Positions 51,101 through 63,240 of a stretch of DNA of 64,000 nucleotides are shown here, one piece after another. The notes under the pieces were generated by a model, which worked only from the letters and a program-made list of their open reading frames with translations, made no database searches and had not been told where the DNA came from. Origin of the DNA: Callorhinchus milii. Taxonomy: Eukaryota. Position numbers and translations under genes: made by a program. The stretch is taken from positions 310,001-374,000 of the forward strand of contig NW_024704743.1 in the NCBI RefSeq assembly GCF_018977255.1, in the 5' to 3' direction. Positions within the stretch are counted from its first letter, which is position 1; every line of letters starts with the position of its first letter.

Positions 51101-53994
51101 TCAGCAGAAACAGGCATGCAATCTATTACTGTTTGTAACCTTTTATCTCAAGGATCAGTATTAATAAAACTCTGTATTCGATACAGGTACAATTAAAAAT
51201 TCTTCACAGGCAACTGTTGCCAAGTGTAGAGACTGTACATTTGTAGATAAACATGACAGCTATTGCAGATATGATTGAATGAAGATTGTCGGCCAGGACA
51301 AAACTCCCTTCACTTCTTGAATGGTTCCATGGATCGTCAATTCCCACCGAAACAGATGAAATCTCAGTTTAACATCTCATCACAAAGATGGCACTCTGTG
51401 ATATTGGGGTGCGTGCCATGTATCATGACGATATTCAGATGGAACTGAACCAAGAATATTCAGACTCCGAGGTGAGAGTGCTACCAACTAATCAGAAAGC
51501 CTGACGAAAAGGATTTTTTTTTCATTTCGGAAGCTAACGAATTAGCAGGCAAGTGTCCCCGTCCCAACAACAGCTGAATTACGAATCTGTAAAAATATCA
51601 TAATATACTCCCTGAATAATTAAGTGAATTCACCCATCCTCACATCTTCATTATTCAAACCTAGACTCCGAACCTCCACAGACAGTTTCTCTCCCACACT
51701 CTTCCTCCCCGGCAGTAATCACCACTTATTGATCCCCTTCTCTACATCTCTCATCTCTTTTGTTTTGGAGAAGCCATTGAACGTAGAATCAACCGTCCTT
51801 GATTAGCAATCTGACCACTCTAACCTGCACTGGACTGTGGGAGAACATTGCTTCTGGTCTCCAGTCCTTGTTGATAGGCTGTTTCCACTTGTTGAGGAGT
51901 ACAAAACTAGACGGATGTAAATATAAGACAATCAGTAGACCTTTCAGTGAGTTTAGGAGGAACTGCTTCATACAGAGGGGAGTGAGAATGTGGAATTCGC
52001 TTAAGGAAGTAGTGCTTGAGGCAAAAAGAAATTTGCATAGCATTTAACTTGCATTTATATAGCGCCTTTCACGCGGGATAGCATCCTGGAACGCTTGATA
52101 GTGTAGAAGTCTGACGCTGAGCGAGGGGGAGAGGTGACTGAAAGCATGATGAAAAATGAAGGTCTTTAGGTGGGATTTGAAGGTGGAGGGGGGGGGGGGC
52201 AAGGAGAAGGGATTGAGGGAGAGAGTTCCAGAGTTTCGGGGCCTATCTTAAGAGTAAACTTGACAAATACATGAGGGAGAAGGGTATAGTTGAGGAGAAT
52301 AAGTAGGGTGAAGGCAAACAACTGGCTCCCTCCACTAATGAAATAACATGACACACAGCCCTAATTGAACACATTTTGCATCAAAATAACTCTGCTCCTT
52401 ATATTCCATCTCTGCCAAATTGCATTTATACAACAACTTTCATGTCAGAAGGATATCCCAAGGCACTGGACAGTCAAGAGTTTGCACATGAGCTGGGAAT
52501 AGAATATTTACAGATGCCTGATATCCATCCCATTGATGCTGCATCACCTACCAGAGTAGGTTTATGTTTTATTTAAGAAGATTACTACTACTATCGAGAG
52601 ATATGCCGCTGTTGTAATATATGAACTTAATACTGCAGGCATTTGCTTCAGACAATAACCACCCACTTCTTACAACCTCAACATTTCCTGATTCTTTACC
52701 CAGAATCATTTTCCAAAGTAACCTAAAAATAAAACATTAACACATAACACATACGGATACAAACACACACATATATATACATATATTAAAAATGAACCTA
52801 AACCTCGCATAACTTGCAGCCTCAACAGCTTCTTTTGAACAATACTGCACTGAGGCCTGCGTTGCTGGCTGCAATTACCCAGTGCACAAGTAGGTGTGTT
52901 CATGCATAAGAGGCCGCATAACCTGGTGCGTCCCCATATTACTCACACACAATATACAGTAACCACAGATAACTGCTTCAGAAGGTCTCTTGCACAGAAC
53001 TGCAACTGAGGCCTGTGCTGATGGTCCCAACCTAAATCTCATGCATTGTACTGTATTGTGACAGAATGAATAGATACAGAACTATCTGGATTTGCTAACA
53101 ATGTACGTATAAATTAAACACGTATACTATGTGGCCAACTAGGTTGCAGAGCTGTAGATGCCCACACAGGTTATAGAGATATCGGTCTGAATATATAAGC
53201 ATACCGGGGTATGTACACCTCGCACATAATATAATGAAGCTGCTCTTGCTAATAATAAATAATAACCGGCCAGGACACCAGGAGAGAGAAACTCACTTTT
53301 ATTATTCGAACAGGCCACAGGGTATTGTCCACCTGAACAGGCAGATGGAGCCTCGATTTACCATTTTATCCGGAGTACGGCATCTCCGACAATGCAACAC
53401 CCCCGGCACTGGACACTGGAGTGTCACCTTAGACCCCGTGACTCCAAGTCTCAACGTGGGGTGAAAACCCATAACCTTCTGACTCAAGAGGCAAGAGTGT
53501 TCCTCAGTTAGCCAAGCTGACACACAGATCTTTCCCATGTGCTACACGGGTTGCATTAATATAGCGGCCCATATGCTGGGTAGCATTCCCCAGCCCGAAA
53601 AACCTGCCTATGTTATAAAAAACATACAGTATACAGAGATCTGTAGCGTAGCGCGAACACGATGCCTCAGATCGGCCTCACAAGCAGAGAGGACCTATGT
53701 TTGATTCCCGGGCCGGGCGAAACGTTGGGCAAGTTTCCTTACTCCACACGCCTTTGTTTACCTCGCAGTAAGTAGGCGGTTGTTAGTTGATAGGCGGATC
53801 ACTTGGTGATAAAATAATAGTGTGGTTACTAAATCCACAACTTTGTGTCACTGCTGTGCACGATTGGCTGCGGTGTTTCATCCACAAAACATAGTCAATT
53901 CATTTTACAGTATATTCTGTGAAGCGCTTTGAGATGTCAAGAAGGCGCGATAAGGGGCCATATCAGATACAAGGATTTAATTATTATTATTTCC

Positions 53995-54560
53995 TGTACT
54001 AAACCTGGTGTGTGCCCACACAGGTCTCCCATGTACCAAACCTATTGCGTGCCATATTCTACACACAGTGTACACATGATCTCCTGTGTACTAAACCTGG
54101 TGCGTCCATATTCTACACACAATATACACACGGATCTCCTGTGTACTAAAGATCTTTCCCGTGTACTAAAACCGACGCGTGTCCAGATTATACATTATAC
54201 TCCACACATATTCTTCCCGTGACCTGGAGTGTTTTCATATGTCGTACACACGGGTCTCTCATATGTACTGAACTTGGTGTGTGCCATGCTATACACATCC
54301 ACGCTCGCATGCGCGCGCACGCACACAAACACAGTACACACAGGTCTTTCCTCTTTATGAAACCTGTTATGCGCATGTAGAGCGCTCGCGTGACACAGGG
54401 CGCGCACAGGTCTCTCCCATGTACCAGGTAGACCTGTTGGGGGTTCACATGTGTCCCTCCCGTGTACCGGGCAGATCTGTTGTGCGCTCATGTTATACAC
54501 ACACGTGTCCCTCCCATGTACTGCGCAGTGTCTTAGACATTAGGCACAGAATGTTACACG
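53995..54560. repeat. Degenerate minisatellite, ~45-50 bp unit (CACAGGTCTCCCATGTAC...AAACCTGGTG); copy A ~21497-22060
   Basis: Repeated ACACAGGTCTCCCATGTAC / TGTACTAAACCTGGTG motifs. Confidence 0.7.
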
Positions 54561-54635
54561 CAGAGCTTTGCCGGAGTGTCCCACACACAGCGCACACCGG
54601 TCAGTCACTCACTCTCTCTATCCTGTGCACTAATA

Positions 54636-54902
54636 CCCCCCACACACCCCCACACCCCACACACACACACCCCCACCACACACACACCCCCCACACACAC
54701 ACCCCCCCACACACACACACACCCACCCCCCACACCCCCACACACACACCCCACCCACACACCCCACCCACACACCCCCACACACCCCCCCCACACACCC
54801 CCCCCACACACCCCCCCCACACACCCCCCCCCCACACACCCCCACCCCCCACACACACACTCCCCCACACACACACTCCCCCACACACACACACTCCCCC
54901 CC
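54636..54902. repeat. CA/C-rich microsatellite at the start of OXSR1 intron 1
   Basis: (CA)n interspersed with C4-C9 runs. Confidence 0.95.
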
Positions 54903-56900
54903 TGACACTGTCAGGAGGAGGTCCGGGACACTCACCGATCACCTCCTTCAGCTCGTAATCTTCCCTGACGATGGACCAGGGCAGGGAGCTGGTGTCCTCA
55001 GTCATGGCGGCGGCGGGAGGCCGGGAGGGCGGGCGGCACCGGGCGGGCGGGCGGGAGAGGCGGGAGAGCGGGCGCGCGCGCGCGCGCGAGGCCTAGGTGA
55101 GTGGAGTGAAGCCTCGGTGTGTGGTTGAGAGAGTGGCCGGCGGCCTGGCTGTCGCTCTCGCCCTCACCCCCTCCCTCTCCCGCTGTCTCTCACTGACACG
55201 AGTTCATCCCCAAACTTCTCGCCTCAGCCGCCCAGTCAGTCACCAGCCATGTCATGTCGCCCTCGGCCCCGCCCCACCCCATCACCAACCGCCACCACAC
55301 CCACCCGCCCGCCCACCGACCCACCCGCCCACCGACCTCCGGCCCTCATTGGACCCCCGCCCCACGTCCCGCCCTCCCCGCCACCGCTGATTGGCTGCTG
55401 CCCACGTCCCTCAGCATTCGCTCCCGCCCCATCGCCAACGGCCGTTGAGCGCCGCCCCTCGTTGGGCGCTCGCCGCGAGTCCCGCCCACCCCACCGCCAC
55501 TCCCATTGGCTGTTGCCCACGTCCCTCGGCATCGCTCCGTCCCCATCACCAACTGCCATCCGAAGCCACCCCTCATTGGATGCCCCGCCCAGAGTGCCGC
55601 CCTGCCTACCGCCGCTTCAATTGGTCAGAGCTCACGCCACTCACTGAGGCCCCGCCTCTCCGTCACCAACCACCACCCACCACCGCTTCCATTGGACGCT
55701 CTCCACAAGTCCCGCCTTCTCCCTTGCCGCTTCCATTGGCCGTCAGCCCGGCTCCTCCTACTCATCACCAACGGCCACCCGCCCCGTGTCCCGCCCTCCC
55801 CCTCCGCCGCTCTCATTGGTTGTTGCCCACGTCCGTCAACCCGGCTCCACCTTTCCCGTTGACTGCCATGCGCCGCCCCCCTTCTCTCATTGGACGTTAT
55901 TCCCGAGTCCCGCCCTCCCTCCCTATCGTCGCTCCTATTGACTGGAACCCACGTCAGTCAGGGCAGCAGCTCACACTCCGATTGGGTGGTCGTCACCCAA
56001 CACCCCCGCCCCTCCTTTGCGGCGCTCCCATTGGGGGAAGTGGGGGGGAGGCGTCTGGGCGGTCCCTCCTCTCCCCATGGCCCGCCCCCTCCCTTGCGGC
56101 GCTCCTATTGGATGCTGTTCACGTCCATCACAGCACGGCCGAGCGTTTGATTGGCCAGTTCTCCCTTGGCTCCTCCCCTCCCCCACTCCCATTGATCCCA
56201 GGTGGACATCCATGTCCATCAGCAGTGACTGTGCTCCTGGGGGTGGGGGTGAGGGGTGTGGGGTGGGGGAGAGGTCTCCCAGGAGCTGAACTGGCTCCCA
56301 AAGCGGCTCATCGGCTGGACCTGGAGGGGCCGACCAGTCACCGGGGGGGGGGCAGGGAATCCCCCGAACCCCCCACCCCCAGCTCCTGGTGACCCCCCCC
56401 CCACAGCCAAAGCCCCAACTAACTCACTAACTAACGGGGAGGGGGGGTCCGAGCCGGACAAGCCCTGGGAAAGCTTGGCCGGGCAGCGCTCTCGATGGCC
56501 GAGCTGCGCGTGGGTTTGGCTGGTTAGACTCCAGCAGTTACCCCAACGCACGCTCTGGGCTCCCCCACCACCCCCCATCCCCCCCCACAAGCCTTGGCTC
56601 TCGCCAACCTGCGCCTGATACTCTCCGGAATTAGGTGAAAGGGGTGGGGGGCGTCCCTCCAGAGAGAGAGCGAGAGAGAGAGAGAATGCCAACCATCTAT
56701 CTCTGGGATCTCCACGTGGAGGTGGGAGGCGGGGAATTCTCGGCTGAGGTTTGGAGACTCTGAAGCGACGGCGACGGGTTTCCACGTGCGTCAAGACACC
56801 CGGCTGAGCGAGGAAAAAAAAAAATCCATCGGCAGGAACCACCCACCCCCACCGTACGTACGGCCTCCCCTCCCACCACTTCCCCTCAGCCCACAAATAC
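54900..56900 (-). promoter_or_regulatory. CpG island / OXSR1 promoter with many GC boxes and CCAAT boxes
   Basis: Very high GC and CpG density around and upstream of the OXSR1 ATG; repeated CCCGCC and ATTGG motifs. Confidence 0.88.
54936..55005 (-). CDS. OXSR1: OXSR1 (OSR1 kinase) coding exon 1, 70 bp
   Basis: Kozak gccgccgccATG; MTEDTSSLPWSIVREDYELKEVI(G) |gtgagt. The short N-terminus without the PAPA box of STK39/SPAK and the position next to MYD88 favour OXSR1. Confidence 0.94.
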
Positions 56901-59737
56901 TCTTACCACTCATCATCACACCCAACAACAACGACTTGTGCCCCTCACGCAGGGTAGAGTCCCGGTGAGCTTGACGTTGGTGGAGCACAGCGTCGATCGG
57001 GGAGGGGTGGAGGGGTCGGGGGTGGCGAGGGAGGAGGTGATCATAAGCATTAGAAGAGGAAGGACTTCAGGCGTGTTCTTAGAGAGGGGAAGGAAGGGAT
57101 GAGGCTGAGGGATTGCGAAAGAGAGTTACAAAGATTCGGGGGCGTAGCAACTGAAAGTGCCGTTGCTGATAATGGAGCGGAGGGGGCGAGGGGTAAGCAA
57201 GAGGCCAGAGTCAGCCGAGCGGAGGTGCCGGCTAGTTGACTGGGGAGTAAACAGGTCAGAAAAGGAGTTTCCCCCCCCGATTCTTCCCCTACCCCACAAA
57301 TTCCCCCACCCCACCCGCCCCCAGCCCCACAAATCCATCCATCCACACCATTCCCCCAACCCCAATATTCTCCCCATTCCCACCCTCCCCTCCCACGTCA
57401 ACATCTCCGCCATTTTATCTGAGCGATTTTTGGCACCGGGAGAAACTCCCTTCTCTTTTCCAATATCGCCATGGGATCTGAACATCTCTTCCGAAGGACA
57501 TCAACTCCGACCAATGCACCCCCTCCCCTCCGATACTGGACTGGAGCGAAAGCCTGGAACTGTGAGCTCAAAAGTGCGCGAAGCGATTCAAGCTTCAAAA
57601 GGGATTTGAAGGAATGTCACTCAGAGCCATGGGTTGCGTCTGACCCGGGATGGTGGAGGAGCTTTTCCAGGAATTAGGATTTAAATTTCTGGGAAGCGTT
57701 GGGCAGATTTAAGGCTCGGTTTCCGAGATTGACGTTGCTCAGAACTGCACCACTATCGACTGTGGTTACAGCACCATCTTGAGGCCTGAGTGCCAAGTTT
57801 ACACCACCTGCCCTCACAATTTAACCAATGTGGGGAGCAGCACTATATCAAATGCAAGGATTATTATTACACACTCACTCACACTCGCTCACCAACAACT
57901 ACCCCACTTCCCGACACATTCACTGTCTCTCGCATACATTCACTCACTCTCTCTCTCGCACACACACAAATAAATATCTCGCCCACACACTCCAACTCAC
58001 ACCGTCTCCCACAGCACCAGCAAGTGCATAAAGCATATTTTCAGACAAGGGGAAAAATATAAGGTCTTTTTATGTGCTTTTTTTTGTAAAATGATTCCAC
58101 CAACACCGGACTTCCAGAGTCTCTCAGTCCCGTTTGTTGGAAGAAACGTTACACCGTTGAGACTCAACAACAACTCAACAACAACTTGCATTTAGATAGC
58201 GCCCTTCAAACTAGCACAGTAGCGTCTGGGAGAGAGAACATAAGAATTTGCTGCCGAAAGAAGACCAAGGTCCATCCTGGCAGTCGCTTGACATGTCGCG
58301 CCCCAAATTATTCACGGTGTCCCCAGATATTATTTTCTAGCAGAAATCTATCCAATTAGATCTTGAAACCAACGACATTTTCTGTTTCCAACCGTATGCT
58401 CTGAGATGCTACCCTGAGTGGAGGGCGCTATATAAGTGCAAGTTGTTGTCGTCTCCCAAGGGAGCCTGTTCCATATGGTTACTACTCTCTCACTGAAGTA
58501 GCGTTTCTCAGATCCATTCTGAATTTAGTCGTGTCTTCTGGTTTTACTGTTCATTACAAGATAAAGCAGCTTATCATATAAAAGCTACCGTCTTCGTTGG
58601 CCTCAGAAACTGGGTCTCACTGTTTCTTCAATGAATGGGGATGGGGAGACCCAGGAATCCTGAGCTCAGGCACATACTAACGTAAACAACAACTTTCCTT
58701 TACATACCTAGGATAAGACCTTGCAGTACTTCACAATGAAGGAGAGGGGACCTTAGCCATAGTCAAAGAGGTAGATTTTAAATTGGGGTTTAAAGACAGA
58801 TGGAGAGAGGGCGAGACGGAGGCAAAGAGGGAGAGAGTTCCTGGGGTTAGGAGTGTACCAACCGAAGGCGATATTATTTTTCCCTGCAGGGTGCGGGCAA
58901 GGGAGGGTAAGAGATGTATGCGAGTCCCGAAACAGAACAACACCCCTCCCTACAGTTCATTTCTAAACACACCCACGACCTCGGGGGAGATTGAAAACGC
59001 ACAAGAGCAAACTGATAATGTGCATTTCTATCTCGCCTTTCAGAATCGTCACACTTCTGCTAAACGCGAGTCAAATGTGATAGAGAAGGAGAATGATCAG
59101 AGGCACTGATGGAGAGATAAGGTCCGTACAGAGTGGGGCAAAGTGGACATGAGGACTGGGCCAGCAATGGTGTGGAGATGGGATTGAGGGGAGCGAGCTA
59201 GAGACTAGAGAATGGGAGCGTAGAGCCTGGTGAGGATGGGAGTGATGAGTGTGCCTTGCGGGAGGGAGAGCAAGGAGCAGAGTTCTGGGATAACTTTTCC
59301 CATCCTCTTCGACACCCCTCTCCTCTCCCCTCCACTCTAGGAGTCCAACCAAACACACCTCCCCGCTGGAGTACCTTGGCGCAGGTATCTATAGGAGAGA
59401 GTTCCAGAGTTTCGGGGGGGGGCTTAGTGACTGAAGGCACGGCCACCTACAGTGGAACGGAGGGGGACGAGGGACCAACAGGAGGCCAGAGCCAGCCGAG
59501 CGGAGGCAGCGGGTGGGGAACGGGGGGGAGGTTGAAGCAGGTAGTGAAGGGATTATAGACGAGTGCGAGGATCTGTCGTGTGACAGGGAGCCAATGGAGT
59601 CTGGTGTGATGGGGGTACGGAGTTCAGCGTGGTTGAGAACCCAACGAGTTTACCTCTCCTTCCCCCCCCCACAGGCCATGCCTTTACGCCTCCCCCTTCT
59701 CTCCCCTCCCCTCACCTCTCTCAGCGCCCTCCGCCCC

Positions 59738-60285
<548 letters not shown>

Positions 60286-60299
60286 AGTCTCCCCGCTCA

Positions 60300-60815
<516 letters not shown>

Positions 60816-60870
60816 GCCTAACCCCCTGACGCTTGACAGTCACTACACCTGTAACAGCACACCGGGCTCA

Positions 60871-61077
<207 letters not shown>

Positions 61078-61130
61078 TTACCCCCAGTGTCCTGTAACGT
61101 AACGTAGCCCATTTCCCCCTCCACCTCCCT

Positions 61131-61293
61131 CCTCAATGTACCCTTCTCCCCCCTGCTCAATGTAACCCTCTCCCCCTCAATGTACACCTCTCCCCTTCAA
61201 TGTACCCCTCTCCCCCTCAATGTACCCCTCTCCCTCTCAATGTACCCCTCTCCCTCTCAATGTACCCCTCTCCCCCTCAATGTACCCCTCTCC
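61131..61293. repeat. ~20-bp tandem repeat (TCAATGTACCCCTCTCCCCC) in MYD88 intron 2
   Basis: About 8 consecutive units. Confidence 0.9.
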
Positions 61294-61423
61294 TCCCTCC
61301 GATCCCCCCCTTAGGCAAGTTTCCTTACGCCACGTGCCAGAAAAAGGTCCTTCGGGGCAGTAGACCCTCAACTACTGCTCCGAAATATGGCCATCAGGAA
61401 AACGGCCTTGGCGTACAACGTAC

Positions 61424-61534
61424 CTGTAGGGTCGTCTTTGGTGGTGATCCCCATGGATGGCAAAGTCCTGGGGCCGCTGCTGTCCACGGCGGCCACCTGG
61501 AGCGGTTTATTCAGGTATCGCCTGCAGTTCTCGT
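61424..61534 (-). CDS. MYD88: MYD88 coding exon 2 (intermediate domain), 111 bp
   Basis: ttccag| (D)ENCRRYLNKPLQVAAVDSSGPRTLPSMGITTKDDPT(G) |gtacgt; contains the KPLQVAAVDSS motif of MyD88. Confidence 0.95.
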
Positions 61535-62148
61535 CTGGAAACAACAGGAAGGTCTTTAGGCGGCATTTGAAAGCAGGGAGGGAAGGGGGGCGAGGTGGAG
61601 GACGAGAGGGAGAGAGAGAGAGAGAGAGAGTTCCAGAGTTTCCGGGCGTAGCGGCTGAAAGTGCGACTAAATCAAATGCAAGGATTGTTATTATTATTAT
61701 TATTATTATTTCTGAATTTAAGCGACAACCGTATAGATTATTGATATTACTGTTATTGGAGCTGCTATTAAACTCCTCCCTCCTCCACCCCACTCTCCCC
61801 CCCCCCCCCAGCCGCGCAAAAATGGGTCAATTCTCCCTCTCTCTCTCTCTCTCTCAAGGGAACAGGAAGAGAAACGGGAAGCGAGAAAAAATTATGTTGT
61901 TCTTATTTGCAATCGTAGAGCGCCCTTTACCCGGATCAGCGCCTCGGGACGTCCTCCCGACGTGAAAGGCTGTTGTTGTGGCTGTTGTCAGCATTCCCGG
62001 AGCGCTTAACAGTGGTGAATCTTAACGCTGAGCCGAGGCGACTCAATCCACGACTGGTCGTGGGACGCTGCTGTGTGAAATTATCTGCCGCGTTTCGCCC
62101 ACAAGATACCCTGGGGAGCGAGGGAGCGTCGGAGCTGACGGGCGTTAC

Positions 62149-62473
62149 CAATATCCGGGCTGACGTCCTCCAGAATGTCCTCCCGCTGGATTCTCTTGAG
62201 CAGCTGCAGCAGGAGACCCACAGAGGAGGGCTTCTTCACCTCCCAGTCCTGGAGCAGTTTTCCGGTGGGATTTTCCTGGCTTTCGTAGCTCCTGATCTCC
62301 AGGTACTCGAAGCCCATCTCCTCGGCCAGGCCTGTCCAGTCGGTGGCCACCACGCTCCTGGGGTTCAGGTACAAGGCCAGCCTCCTCCTGACGTGGAAGT
62401 TCAGGGCCACCATGGGGACGCTGAAGTAATCAACGTCCTCCTTCGCCTCGTCCACCTTGGTGCAAGCGGACAT
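62149..62473 (-). CDS. MYD88: MYD88 first coding exon (death domain), 325 bp
   Basis: Translates MSACTKVDEAKEDVDYFSVPMVALNFHVRRRLALYLNP...DWTGLAEEMGFEYLEIR...LLQDW, the MyD88 death domain; ends at a G|GTAACG donor (phase 1). Confidence 0.96.
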
Positions 62474-62494
62474 CCTGTCTGCGACGAGAACTAA

Positions 62495-62665
62495 CAGGGC
62501 GAAACGACGGGCAAGGTTCCTTACTCCACACGCCTCGGTTTAGCTGGCGGTAAGTGGAAACCCGCCTTGTTAGTCGATCGTCCGATCGCTTTAATGACCC
62601 CCTTAAAAAATATATAATAATAATAATCGGGTCACTCAATCCACGACTGTTTGTGGGTCACTGCT
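62495..62665 (+). mobile_element. Truncated SINE abutting the MYD88 first coding exon
   Basis: CAGGGCGAAAC...CCTTACTCCACACGCCTC...GGTCACTCAATCCACGACTGTTTGTGGG. Confidence 0.8.
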
Positions 62666-62669
62666 GAAC

Positions 62670-63240
62670 CCTCGACTCCCTTGCTCCCCCTGAAATCCAG
62701 GGCTGTCTCCAAAATCCCTCCCCTGGTCTATCACCTCCTCCGCCCACGCCCCAAACTGCCTCCGTCCTCCTCCCCTCAAAAGGCCGAGTGGGAAAGAGGG
62801 TCTTTTGGTGACCTCTTTGTGTCGGAGATCGAAACGTTCCCGCTTCGGCTGCAATCCTCCTCCCCCACGTCCCCTTCCGCGCCCTCCAGACCGTCCACGC
62901 CACCTTCCCCTTGCGCCAAGGCACCTGCCACTCCCTCCCTCCCCCTCAACCGCCATCTCCCAGCTGGTGATCTCCCTTCCTCTCCCCGCTGCTGGCCGAC
63001 AAGTCACTCTCTCTCCTCAGGTTCTAATCCTCTTCCCCTTAAAACCGGTGTCGTCACTCCCCCCACCCCCACCCTCAACACACCCTCCCACTCCCTCAAA
63101 AAAAGACTCACCCTTGAACCCCTGGGACCTCACAAATTACTGAGCCCTTCCTGGCCAAAGCTCTGGAACCAACTCTGCTCTCACACACCGACCGCGCTTG
63201 TCAAGGTCTCCAACCACATCCTCTCTCTCACATCTCCTTG
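62670..63240 (+). mobile_element. Decayed L2 ORF2 (reverse transcriptase) fragments
   Basis: Remnants KK.TL(E/D)P, PFLAKALE and TALVKVSN.IL of the L2 RT region. Confidence 0.55.

Larger units (their letters stand above)
32866..54800 (+). repeat. Copy B of the direct duplication
   Basis: Colinear with 1-22295; continues into OXSR1 exon 1, whereas copy A stops at the gap. Confidence 0.97.

Noticed and set aside
55092..55103. Consensus AG|GTGAGT donor on the + strand suggesting an antisense transcript
   Set aside because: A single short motif with no partner exon evidence.
55391..56392. 333-aa Pro-rich ORF and overlapping ORFs in the CpG island
   Set aside because: Stop-poor GC-rich promoter repeat; no recognisable domain.
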